The notes under the pieces were generated by a model. The model was not told the origin of the DNA. It did not search any database and saw only the letters and a list, made by a program, of their open reading frames with translations. Made by a program: the position numbers and the translations under genes. This document shows, piece by piece, positions 20,692 to 30,232 of a stretch of 64,000 bases of DNA. Position 1 is the stretch's first letter. Each line of letters starts with the position of its first letter. Where the stretch lies: NCBI GenBank assembly GCA_963761995.1, contig CAVXIU010000014.1:13622-77621 (forward strand), in the 5' to 3' direction. This DNA is from an uncultured delta proteobacterium (GTDB lineage Bacteria; Desulfobacterota; Binatia; UTPRO1).

Positions 20692-21231
20692 ATGGATGGC
20701 ACTGTGGCTGACTCGATTGCCACGCCTCGCCTCAGACTCCTCCCGCTAACGCCGTCGTTGCTGCGCGCCGTGGCCGGCGGCGATCTGGCTGAGGTCGAGC
20801 GGCAACTCGGCGCTCGTGTGGGGAAGGGGTGGGAGGAGGGCGTGCCGGCAAAGCTACGACTCGAACAGCTCGCAGCCGACCCCTCGGAGCAGCCATGGCT
20901 GGTTCGCGCCATGGTCGCCTCGACGCCTCGACGGGTGATCGGATGCGTCGGCTTCCACGCGCCGCCAGATGACGACGGCCGCGTGGAGATCGGCTACGAC
21001 ATCGTGGCGGCCGAGCGCCGAAAAGGGTATGCGCGCGAGGGGATCCGGGCGCTGCTCGACTGGGCGTGGGCGACCGGACGCGTGCGGACGTGCGTCGCTT
21101 CCGTGAGTCCGCACAATGCGCCCTCCCTCTCCCTCATCCGCTCGTTCGGATTCCGGCATGTCGGCGACCAGATCGACGAGATCGACGGACTGGAACTGGT
21201 CTTCGAGCGGCGCCTGCCACTCGCGCCCTGA
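20692..21231 (+). CDS. RimJ/RimL-type GNAT N-acetyltransferase
   Basis: TPRLRLLP, VEIGYDI, RRKGYAREG, NAPSLSLIRSFGF. Confidence 0.9.
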   Translation: MDGTVADSIATPRLRLLPLTPSLLRAVAGGDLAEVERQLGARVGKGWEEGVPAKLRLEQLAADPSEQPWLVRAMVASTPRRVIGCVGFHAPPDDDGRVEIGYDIVAAERRKGYAREGIRALLDWAWATGRVRTCVASVSPHNAPSLSLIRSFGFRHVGDQIDEIDGLELVFERRLPLAP

Positions 21232-21238
21232 ACGGCGC

Positions 21239-21268
21239 CGCAGATCCTCATCGCGCAAAGCAGCACTC
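21239..21268 (+). repeat. Palindromic site #11
   Basis: TCGCGCAAAGCAGCACTC at 21251-21268, 20 bp after the GNAT stop. Confidence 0.9.
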
Positions 21269-21484
21269 GTGCGAGCCCTCTCGAGTAGCTGGTGCCGACT
21301 GCGCATGGACGGCGAGTGTTCGCCGTCGTCGCTCGCCCATACCGGGTTATCCGCGAAACCGAACGCTGCGCTGCGAGGCACGACGGGCACTCCGGACGGC
21401 GGACTACTTCGAGCTCACAGTCGACCAGACCGGCGAGAGCCGGCCGAGGACGGCCGAGGACGGACACGCCGGGGAGGCGCCGGC

Positions 21485-23176
21485 TTACCGCACGCGCCGC
21501 TCGCATCCCCGCACGCGATCGCGGCGGTCGGCGCGCACGCGGTCTTTTCGACCGGGACCGCAGTCGAGCAGGTCGCGGCCGGGGCCGCCGATGAGGAGGT
21601 CGCTGCCGGGGCCGCCGACGACGCAGTCGTTGCCGCGGCCGGCGCGGATGACGTCGTTACCGCGGCCGCCGAAGATGACGTCTGAGCGGGCGGTGCCGCG
21701 GAGGCGGTCGGCGCGCCGCGTCCCGCGCCAGATGCGCGCGGTCGACGGGGCGCGGCAGCCGCGAGGAAGCCGGACGCCGGCTGCCGACGCGGCGACCGCC
21801 CCGGCCGGCGTCGCCCCAGCGAGGAGGATCGTGTTCGCCGGCGTCATGGGCGATGAGGGCGCGGACGGTGCCGGAGCCGCCGGAGCCTCGGCCGGCACCT
21901 CGATCGCCGGCCGCGGCGCCGGCACGAGCCAGTCCGGCAGCGCGACGTCGTCGCCCGCGCGGAACTTGAAGGTGCCGCGCGCCGCGAGTCGCTTGTCGTC
22001 GTAGCACCGCCGCTCGAAGCTCGTGTCGAACGACCGGAGCGTGCCATCCGGCATGTACGACATCGAGTTCACCGTGAACGCGCTCGCGGTCTGGTTGCAC
22101 CAGGCGGGGCCGCCGTCGACGCGGACGCCCGGTCCCGGCCCGTCGGCGTTGCCCTGCGCGCCGGAGAACGTCATCCCGGGCTTGAGCTTCTGACCGTTGC
22201 CGGCGTAAAGGTCGAGGTTCCACCACTCGTGCGAGTCGTCGTGGTTGTCCACGTGCAGCCGGACGATCGGGTTCGGCGAGAATTCCCAGCCGGTGAAGCT
22301 GCTGTCAGCCGGCCGATAGGAGTGCATGCCGCGGTCATCGGCCGGGGCGGCGACGTCGCCGTCCAGGACCTCGATGTCGGCACTGGTCGTCCCACCGTGG
22401 AGGAAGCCCTCTAGCGTCGTCGCGTGAGTTGCACCGGCGCTGTCGGCGATCTCCAGGCGAGCCGTGTGCGAGCCCGGAGCGACCGGGTTGAACCCGACCC
22501 GCACCATGCACGGCGGGGCGTGGCCCGTGCACGCGTCGTCGACGACCTTGAACGAGTCGTCCCCGGCGACCGCCACATGAACGGCCGCGGCGGTGCCGTG
22601 GTAGACGACGGTCGCCGGCGCCGCCGGCCACCAGCCGTCCGTCACCGGCCAGCGCAGGATCCCGGGCGTCACGTCGGCGGCGGAGTCCGGCACCCACGCT
22701 CGCCAGCGCACCTCACCGAACGCCGACGACCGGGAGCCCTCGCAGTGGTGGTCGAAGATCGCCCACAGGCGCGTCGGCGCCCCGGCCGTGTCGAACGCCA
22801 CGTCCAGCACCTCCATGCGGCCGGCGACGACGTTGCAGCCGCGGTTGCCGACGCTGAGCGCAAGCCCGGGCCGCGGCGCCTCCTCAAATGGGTAGCGCTC
22901 CACCTGCGTCCAGTTGAACGGGCGCAACTTCTCGCCCGGCGGCGGCGCGACCTCGAGGCTCATCCCCTCCCCGGCGGCCACCGCGCCGACCGCAGCGCCG
23001 CCGTGTCCATAGTCGTCGGATGTCGAGGTGACTCCGGCGCCGTACGCATTCCGCGGGATCCCTTTGCCGAGGAAGTTGTCAGCGTCGCTGTTGACGCTCA
23101 GAGACGTGACCGTCGCGCCATGCGCCGCGGCTGGTACGAAGGCCAACCAGAGCACCGCCGCGACCATCCGACGCAT
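21485..23176 (-). CDS. Secreted protein with C-terminal hemolysin-type Ca-binding (RTX-like) repeats
   Basis: Signal peptide ending AHG-A; two similar HCE/RCY-containing domains; GGRGNDVIRAGRGNDCVVGGPGSDLLIGGPGRD repeats; GGAGGA RBS. Confidence 0.85.
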   Translation of the reverse strand: MRRMVAAVLWLAFVPAAAHGATVTSLSVNSDADNFLGKGIPRNAYGAGVTSTSDDYGHGGAAVGAVAAGEGMSLEVAPPPGEKLRPFNWTQVERYPFEEAPRPGLALSVGNRGCNVVAGRMEVLDVAFDTAGAPTRLWAIFDHHCEGSRSSAFGEVRWRAWVPDSAADVTPGILRWPVTDGWWPAAPATVVYHGTAAAVHVAVAGDDSFKVVDDACTGHAPPCMVRVGFNPVAPGSHTARLEIADSAGATHATTLEGFLHGGTTSADIEVLDGDVAAPADDRGMHSYRPADSSFTGWEFSPNPIVRLHVDNHDDSHEWWNLDLYAGNGQKLKPGMTFSGAQGNADGPGPGVRVDGGPAWCNQTASAFTVNSMSYMPDGTLRSFDTSFERRCYDDKRLAARGTFKFRAGDDVALPDWLVPAPRPAIEVPAEAPAAPAPSAPSSPMTPANTILLAGATPAGAVAASAAGVRLPRGCRAPSTARIWRGTRRADRLRGTARSDVIFGGRGNDVIRAGRGNDCVVGGPGSDLLIGGPGRDLLDCGPGRKDRVRADRRDRVRGCERRVR

Positions 23177-23358
23177 GTGACTCCTCCTACCCACGCGAGG
23201 CCGCTCACGATCGCGCCGCGCGGATCCGGCTCAACCGCTCGGCGTGGGTTCGACCGAGGGCCGCGTTGGCTCCAAGAGCAGCGCGCGGAGATAGAGCGCG
23301 TAGCGCCCGATGGGCTGGCTAAGCGATGGCTTGTACGCGAAACGAAGTCGCAGTCGTG

Positions 23359-23388
23359 GAGTGCTCAGATTCGCGCAAAGCAGCACTC
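23359..23388 (+). repeat. Palindromic site #12
   Basis: GAGTGCTCAGA-TTCGCGCA-AAGCAGCACTC; the outer 7 bp pair perfectly. Confidence 0.92.
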
Positions 23389-23677
23389 GATCACCGAACG
23401 GCGCACCGCCGGAGTGCGGCGAAGTAAGCAGGGGCCGGTCGGAGCGGATATCGATGTCGATGCCTGACCGGCCGATACGCGCAAGCGCAGGCGCGCCGCG
23501 GATGTACGCCCGGCCGACACCGCTTGGCTGTTGACGGTCACCAACTTGACGCCGCGGCTGTCCACCGCGGAGAGGAGCGTAGGGTCGGTCGGTGACCCAG
23601 TCCTACCGTCCGTGCGCGCGCTCGCCCCCGGTCGGCTCCCGGCTCCAATCATCTGATCGAACCGAAGGAGCTTTGCC

Positions 23678-24187
23678 ATGCGTCGGACACTCGTGCTGAG
23701 CGCGGTGCTCACAGTTGTGGTGGCAGTCACGGGGATTGGGGTGGCCGCGTCGTCACCAGGCTCCGGCGGGCACCGTGGCGACCACGGCCATGGTGCACGC
23801 TTCCATGTCCTACGGGTGGAGCGGAACGCGGGGACGGACAAGGTCCTCGATCTCGACCATTCCGGGTCAACAAGTGCCCTGACGATCGGCGATGAGACGG
23901 TGGGCACCGCTGAATTCTTCATCGGCGACCGCGAGGTCGGTAAGGACGGCGTGGTCTGCACCAAGGTCCGTGCCCCCGAGTGGTTTCAGTGCGTCGCAAC
24001 GAACTCGTTTGAGAAGGGAGACCTGACGGTCCAGTTCCTCGGTGATTTTACGTCACCCGACCCGGGTCATTTTGCGATCACCGGCGGTACGCGCGCCTAT
24101 TTCGGTGCCACCGGCGAGGTCACCTTCGTCGACAAACCGGCGCCTGCCCGTGACGAGGTCACGTTCCGCTTCGTCACTCCGCGTTGA
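23678..24187 (+). CDS. Secreted allene-oxide-cyclase / dirigent-like beta-barrel protein
   Basis: Signal peptide; AITGGTRAYFGATGEV motif. Confidence 0.7.
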   Translation: MRRTLVLSAVLTVVVAVTGIGVAASSPGSGGHRGDHGHGARFHVLRVERNAGTDKVLDLDHSGSTSALTIGDETVGTAEFFIGDREVGKDGVVCTKVRAPEWFQCVATNSFEKGDLTVQFLGDFTSPDPGHFAITGGTRAYFGATGEVTFVDKPAPARDEVTFRFVTPR

Positions 24188-24352
24188 GTTCACCGTCGAC
24201 ACGGGTCGGCGCTGTCGGTCGACGCCGGCCCGTCGGTCGGATTCTGCTCGCGCGCCACTGGCTTTGTGGCGCTGAACCAGCGCCGCCTCGGAACCGCGCG
24301 GACTCGCGCTCTAGCACCGAGGCACAAGGGGCAGTTGATCGGGATGCGCCCC

Positions 24353-24382
24353 CGCTGTCGCTTCTCGCGCAAAGCAGCACTC
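24353..24382 (+). repeat. Palindromic site #13
   Basis: GCTGTCGCTT-CTCGCGCA-AAGCAGCACTC. Confidence 0.9.
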
Positions 24383-24540
24383 GCAGGGTCCGCCCCCCGA
24401 CGCGCCGGCAGGCAAACGCGGTCTGATGGGTCCTGCGCGGGGTGGATGAGCCCAACCATGTCGACGGCTCCGGCAGAAATAGCAAGCCGCCCGCGTTGCT
24501 AGGCCATGAAGGTCCCGACAAATGCGCCGACACGAACACA

Positions 24541-24939
24541 ATGAAGCTGAAGATCGTGATCCTCATCTCCGTCGCGGCAGTCGTTTTTACGGTGACGCCC
24601 GCCGCCCACGCCAAGACCTACATCGGATGTGCGACGGACGCGCACGACGTTAAGCCGCGCGCGGCGCCCAAGACGTGCAACACCTGGTACCCGTGGCTTT
24701 CGCACGCGGAGTCGGCCGGGAGGTTGACGCAACTGCGCTGGCGCCATTGGGGTTCGCGGCGGGCGACCGCTACGGCGATCGTGCTCTATCGCACCTCGCG
24801 CGTTCGGACCAAAGTTGTGGCGTACCGGCCGCGGAGCGTCTACGGCATGCGCGCCTATTCGAAGCTCCACACCAAGACCAAGTACGGCGGTGGGACGATG
24901 AATCTGCCGTGGGGATACGACCTCTGGCCCCTGTTGTAG
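24541..24939 (+). CDS. Secreted hypothetical protein
   Basis: MKLKIVILISVAAVVFTVTPAAHA signal peptide; LRWRHWGSRRATATA motif. Confidence 0.7.
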   Translation: MKLKIVILISVAAVVFTVTPAAHAKTYIGCATDAHDVKPRAAPKTCNTWYPWLSHAESAGRLTQLRWRHWGSRRATATAIVLYRTSRVRTKVVAYRPRSVYGMRAYSKLHTKTKYGGGTMNLPWGYDLWPLL

Positions 24940-25028
24940 CGCTGGTCACCCGACCAAACGGCGTTTTCGGATCCGTGGCACTCAGTGACGGTTCCAGGCA
25001 CGAGAGGCATTAGAGCCGTGTTGTCGCC

Positions 25029-25058
25029 GCCTACTGCTTGTCGCGCAACGCAGCGCTC
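25029..25058 (+). repeat. Palindromic site #14
   Basis: CTGCTT-GTCGCGCA-ACGCAGCGCTC. Confidence 0.8.
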
Positions 25059-25191
25059 AAGGCGGCGGCGCCGCGGAGTCCCCTGGTCGGCGATAGCAGA
25101 AGCGCTCGTAGGGTTCGGGCATGGCGACTGACGAGACCGTGAGCGCGCAAGCGGCAGGGCATAGCCCGCCGATGTTCCCCGAGGAGCTTCA

Positions 25192-25724
25192 GTGAGGCTG
25201 GTGGGGAAGCGCGTGGTGCTGCGACCCGCGCGCCGTGAGGACGCCGACGTGCTTGCTCAAGGCTTTCAGGAGGACCCGACCATGGGTGCGATGCTCGGCA
25301 TGGAGCCCGAGCAGGAGAACGCCGAGTGGCTGCGCGGGACCGTGCGTCGGCGGAGCACCACGACGCCGAGGAACCCACCTCGTACTGGTTCGCGATCGAC
25401 GATCCCGCGAGCGGGGAGCTGGTCGGCGAGATCGGGCTCGTCGGTATCTCGCGACCGAACCGACGCGCGGGGCTCAGCGTGCTCGTGCTGCCCGGATTCC
25501 GACGTGCCGGGGTCGGGCGCGAGGCGATCGAGCTGTTGGTGGGCTGGGCGCAGGACGAGCTCGATCTGCACCGGGTGCACCTGCACACCTACCCAGAGAA
25601 CGTCGCCATGCAGCGGCTCGCTGAGGCGGCCGGCTTCCGCCGCGAAGGCGTCCTGCGGGACTACGCGTTCGAGCGCGGGCGCTTCGTCGACAATGTCGTC
25701 TACGCTCGGCTGCGGTCGCCCTAA
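25192..25724 (+). CDS. RimJ/RimL-type GNAT, frameshifted near 25340
   Basis: MRLVGKRVVLRP (ORF 25192) continues as LVGEIGL...RRAGVGRE...NVAMQRLAEAAGFRREG (ORF 25326). Confidence 0.8.
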
Positions 25725-25807
25725 CGCTCACCCGAGAGAGCCATCATTGTGGCGCTAGTCGCCGGACGCGCCGGATGCCGCTTGGAGCCATAAAGCAACC
25801 CAGCCGG

Positions 25808-25837
25808 CGCTTTCGCGTTTCGCGCGAAGAGGCACTC
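25808..25837 (+). repeat. Palindromic site #15
   Basis: TCGCGCGAAGAGGCACTC at 25820-25837. Confidence 0.75.
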
Positions 25838-25945
25838 GCAAGGCTTGCTCGACTCGACGGCTGCTGGGTGTGGCCGGACGCGCTCCGACTTGGCATCCGA
25901 CGTTGGTCGTAGCGTCGCGCAGATGGATCCCTCGGGAGAGCGTTC

Positions 25946-26773
25946 GTGAGCGCGTCGCGCTGGGACCGGGTGCGCCGCATCGCGGGCTGGAGCGGCGCAA
26001 CAGTGACGTTCGTGCTGTCAGTCGTGGGCGCGTACACCGGCACAAAGGCGTGGCAGGAAGCGCGGCGTGTGGACATTCGACTCGTCGCCGAGCCGCACGA
26101 GGTCAACTTTTTCGAGGACTCGAGCGTGCTGCATGTCGGAATCGTGAATTCGTCACAGCGCGGCGTGGTGCTAGATCGTGGGCGCGTGCTCGCATTTGGC
26201 CGCAAGATCGGCACCGTGAGCCGGCTCCTTCCAGACGAGGCGTCGGGTGCGGCGTCGCCGCGCGACCTCCCGTACACGTTGCCGGGGCAGTCAAGCCTCA
26301 CCGCGAACGTGGAACTCGTGCTCGACGTTGGTGAAGTAAGAGACGGGTTGGTCCGGCGCCTTGAGCGGCGCATCAAACAGGCCTCGCGGACGTCGCTGAC
26401 GCTCGAGTTGTCGTTCAGGCCAGGAGGCATCGAGCGGATCGACGTCCCCCTGAGGAGCGAGGAGAGCGGGCTGTTGGGGCTCTCGACACTGGAGCAACCC
26501 CCATGGCGAGTGTTGGTGCTCGCGACCAACGGACAGAGTCAGAGCCTGATTCTGCGGAACGGCGCAGGCGGCCCACGGACGCCCGAGGTCGCGCGACTGC
26601 AGTTGTGGGGCTCGCAGGGTCGCCGCGGCCGACCGATCGCGACGATCACGCGACCTGTGCAGGCGCCGCTCCCGTTGCCCAAAGGGGCCTCGCGACGCGG
26701 CTACGAATACGCCCTCAGCGTCGGTGGGGAAGTGGTGTCGACCGGCGGACTCGTGGGGCCGATGCGGCGATGA
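25946..26773 (+). CDS. Hypothetical protein with N-terminal TM anchor
   Basis: 275-aa ORF with one N-terminal hydrophobic helix; it fills the interval between two palindromic sites. Confidence 0.6.
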   Translation: MSASRWDRVRRIAGWSGATVTFVLSVVGAYTGTKAWQEARRVDIRLVAEPHEVNFFEDSSVLHVGIVNSSQRGVVLDRGRVLAFGRKIGTVSRLLPDEASGAASPRDLPYTLPGQSSLTANVELVLDVGEVRDGLVRRLERRIKQASRTSLTLELSFRPGGIERIDVPLRSEESGLLGLSTLEQPPWRVLVLATNGQSQSLILRNGAGGPRTPEVARLQLWGSQGRRGRPIATITRPVQAPLPLPKGASRRGYEYALSVGGEVVSTGGLVGPMRR

Positions 26774-26852
26774 GCATGGCGGAGCCGTGATCGTGTCGAT
26801 CCAGAAGGTGCGACTACGGCGGTTGAGGAGCAGCAGGTCGTCGCGTCCTCAT

Positions 26853-26894
26853 GGCTGCCGCGTTTCGCGCACAGCGGCACGCACAGCGGCACTC
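26853..26894 (+). repeat. Palindromic site #16 with tandem-duplicated right arm
   Basis: GCCGCGTT-TCGCGC-ACAGCGGCAC-GCACAGCGGCACTC; the 11-mer GCACAGCGGCA occurs twice. Confidence 0.75.
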
Positions 26895-27055
26895 ACAAGG
26901 CGCGGCCGCTCGGTACTGGTTCTTGTCGAAGCAGGGCGTTTCGGGCGCCAGAGCGGAGACACTCGCTTCTCGTCCTGAGCGAGCGCCTGCCCAAGCTCGT
27001 CTGATCTGAGACGCTCGCTCCTCAGCCTCGGTGACCTTGCGTGGTGCGGGAGCGC

Positions 27056-29091
27056 TTAGGTCGCCGGTACCTCCACGACGACGCGGCGTCCGCCGATCTG
27101 GCCGTCGATTCGGAGCTTGGTCGCGCCTGGGCCAAACCAGACGCCGCTGACCTGGACCTGGCCGAAGGAGCCGGGGACGACGAGGGCAACGTTGGCATCG
27201 ATCGTGCTGGTCTCGAAGTCGTAGCGGCCGTGGCCGGTCACGCCGACGTCTTCGACGAAGCGGGCGTGCGCGAGATCGACGGACACGCCGGTGTCCGTCG
27301 TCGGCGGAGTTGACCACGCCGCCACGCAGGCCGACGCCGTGATCGGTCGGTCCGGCGATGAAGACGCGCCGGAACGCGTCGACGACCGTGGCGGCTGCCG
27401 CGGCGGCGAGCCGGCGGTCGGCGCGCGTCGACTGGTCCTCGTCGGAAGCGGGCAGCGCCGGTCGGAGGCGCGTCGCTCGTGCGTGCGAACCGACCGACGC
27501 CGGGGAATCTCGAAGGGCGCGCCGGGGAGCGCAGCTCGCGTCGCCCGCGGCCCCGGTCAGGAAGAACCGCTGGACAAGGCCGACGGCGCATTCGGAGTTG
27601 ACGCCGAAGATGGTGACATGCCCGGAGGAGCCGATGTCGATGAGCCGGTTGCTCGGGAAGACCTTGCGGACGGCTCCGGCGATCTCGCCGGTGCAGGAAG
27701 ATGTCGTACTCGGCGGTGAGCACGAGCGCGGGGACGCCGCGGGCGGTCGCGCCGTCCGGAACCGGTCGCTCGCGCTCGTGCGAGGGCGACGGCCAACCGA
27801 TGCACGGGTCAGGCAGCCAAGCGCCGAGCGGCGCCGGCGATACCCAGCCGTCGAGGAGAACGGTGCGAACTGCCGCCGACCGAGGCTCCTACGGGCGGCC
27901 TCGAACTGCCTCTGGCGCTCCTCGAGGGACGCCCGCGGGTCCCACTGGAAGGGCTGGTCGCTGCAGAAGCGGGCGGCGTTGAGGCCGGCCGAGAAGATCT
28001 CCGGCGGATCGGGCGGGAAGGTGACGAGCGGCTCGGCGGCGAGCCGCAACAGCGGCGCGGGATCGCCGCGGCGCAACGCTCGCGCGGCGGCCGCCACCTC
28101 GCTCTGCGCCGTGAAGCCTCCCGAGTCGCCCAAGAGCCGCTGGATCAGCGTCGCTTCGTCGACGTGGACCGTGTGCGGGTTCCCGAGCGAGTCAAACGCG
28201 GACCCGTCGACCGGCGCGGCGCGCAGGCGCTTCGCCAGCCACGCCAGCTCGGCGGCCGGGTGACGATGATCGCGGCGGCAGTGCTCGGATCGCCGGCAGA
28301 TGCGTGTCACCAGCCGCGGGAGGTTCCGGGCGACCTGTGTCGCCCACGGGTCGAAGTCGACGAGCGGGAACGGGGAGTCGAGCACCACCGAGCCCATACG
28401 CCTCGGATACCGGACCGCGTAGGCCTGGGCGTCGGCGGCGGCGTAGGAGAAGCCGTAGAAGTCAAAGCGCTTGACGTCCAGGGCGGCGCGGACGGCCTCG
28501 ATGTCCTGCGCGACGTCCGCGCTGCCGTAAAGGTCCGACCGGGTCCCGAGCTGGGCGCCGCACGCGCGGACCGCCTCGTAGCGGCTCGCCGCCGGGCTGC
28601 TGTACCGACGGGCAGTCGATGGCCTGCGACAGGCCGGTGCCGCGATAGTCGATCAGGACGACGTCGCGGCGGTCCCGAAGCGGCCCGAAGAGGTAGGACA
28701 CGAACCCCTCGCCGCCGGCCTGCGTGGCCGAGACCCCCGGGCCTCCGAACGTGACGAAGATCGGCCGTCCCGGCACGGCCGCGGCGTCCGTGTGCGGAAA
28801 CACCGCGAAGAAGATCCCGATGCTCTCGCCGTCCGGTCGATCGCGATCGAGCGGCACGGAGACGCGGCCGCACAGCGCGCCCGGCACCTCGTCACACGGA
28901 CGGAGGTCCGTGCCCGACAGGGCGGGCGGAGACGCGGGCACGCCGTCCGCCGCGGCGGAGCGGATCAGCGACGCGGCGTTCCACGGACGCGGCGCGGTCA
29001 CATCCGGCGGCCGTGCGGAGGGCCACGCCGCCGCCTCGACAGCGGAGAAAAGGAGGACAAACGCGACCAGCGGAGACAAGGTCCAGCGCAT
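27056..29091 (-). pseudogene. Secreted alpha/beta hydrolase (tripeptidyl-aminopeptidase / TAP-like), multiply frameshifted
   Basis: CGRVSVPLDR, FGGPG, DYRGTGLS (ORF 28462); YGFSYA elbow and MGSVVLDSP; VLTAEYD; SSGH; C-terminal domain in ORF 27056. About five frame changes. Confidence 0.75.
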
Positions 29092-29119
29092 TACAGTCCT
29101 TTCGCGCGAAGGCAAACTC
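29090..29119 (+). repeat. Palindromic site #17 (divergent)
   Basis: AGTCCTT-TCGCGCG-AAGGCAAACTC; the CCTT/AAGG pairing is compensatory. Confidence 0.6.
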
Positions 29120-29466
29120 GACGCTACGCCCGGGCGCCACGCGAGTCAAGACACGACGAGCGCGCCCCCTACCCTCGCCGTCTGCGCCGGCGCCGCGAGC
29201 CCGCGTTCGCGCTCAAGCAACCATGCGCTCCCTGCGACGCTCACGTCAGCGGAGGTCGATCCATGACACTTCGTGCTCGTCCCTTGCAGGCGTCTGGTTT
29301 GGGCTGGGCGTGACACTCGCTTGCAGCTGCGAAGTGGAACCGTGATCCGCTCGTTGATCGTCCCGGCCGTCATGCAGCCGCTCGGCGAAGCGCCCCTGGA
29401 ATTTGGGGGGACACAGGGGCCCGCTTGCGCGGGCCGCTGTGATCGAGCGTGGGTGCTCCTCGGGCG

Positions 29467-29892
29467 TCAGTGCGAGCGCCCGACGACGCCGCGCTGCAGG
29501 GAGCGCGTGCGGATCAGCGCGAAGCCCGCGCCGCCCAGCGCGACGAGCAGCGCGAAGCCGGCCAGGATGGTCGGCAGCGCGTCATCGACGTCGCGCACGA
29601 TCGTGCGCTCGGGCCGGTTGACGGTGATCGTGGTGGGCGGGTCGTACTCGGGCGCGCGGCTCGCGCCCGGGTGGTCGATCGGGGTGTCGCCGGCCTTCGG
29701 GGCCGGGGCGACGGGCTGGGCGAAGTCGGCGGGGGTGTCGCCGATCCTCGGCGTCGGCGCGGACTTCGGGTAGTCGGCCTTGGTGTCGCCCGGCGTCTGG
29801 GCGAGTGCGCCGGCGGACGCTGACAGGGGCACGCAGAGCGCGAGGACGGCCGCGGTGCGGATGCGGCGGAGGGAACGGCGATGGGAAGTCAT
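29467..29892 (-). CDS. Small exported, membrane-anchored protein with three GDT(K/P)(A/I)D repeats
   Basis: Signal peptide; PGDTKADYP / IGDTPADFA / AGDTPIDHP; C-terminal TM. Confidence 0.7.
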   Translation of the reverse strand: MTSHRRSLRRIRTAAVLALCVPLSASAGALAQTPGDTKADYPKSAPTPRIGDTPADFAQPVAPAPKAGDTPIDHPGASRAPEYDPPTTITVNRPERTIVRDVDDALPTILAGFALLVALGGAGFALIRTRSLQRGVVGRSH

Positions 29893-30232
29893 GAGGGGGC
29901 TCTCCTCGGGTGGTTGGTGGGTGAAGCGACGCGGGAGGCGCTGCTGGGACGGCCGACCAGGCCGCCGAAGGTGTCGTGCGAGACGGGCTCGAGGCGGAGT
30001 GACAGCTCACGCACGCGCGGCAGTCCGTAGGCGTGGTGGGGGTTGTACGGCGGGACGAGCTGGGACGTGGTGGGCATGGCGGCCTCCTGAGCGGTGCTGA
30101 GTGGACGCTGGGGAGGCTTGCGCCCGCCGGTAGGGCCGCCGGTGGGAAGCCCGGTAAACGCTGGTAGTCGCTCCTTGCGGTCACCGCTCGCGCGCGGGTA
30201 GGGTCGACCTAGGCAAGCGCTGCCGGGGTGGC

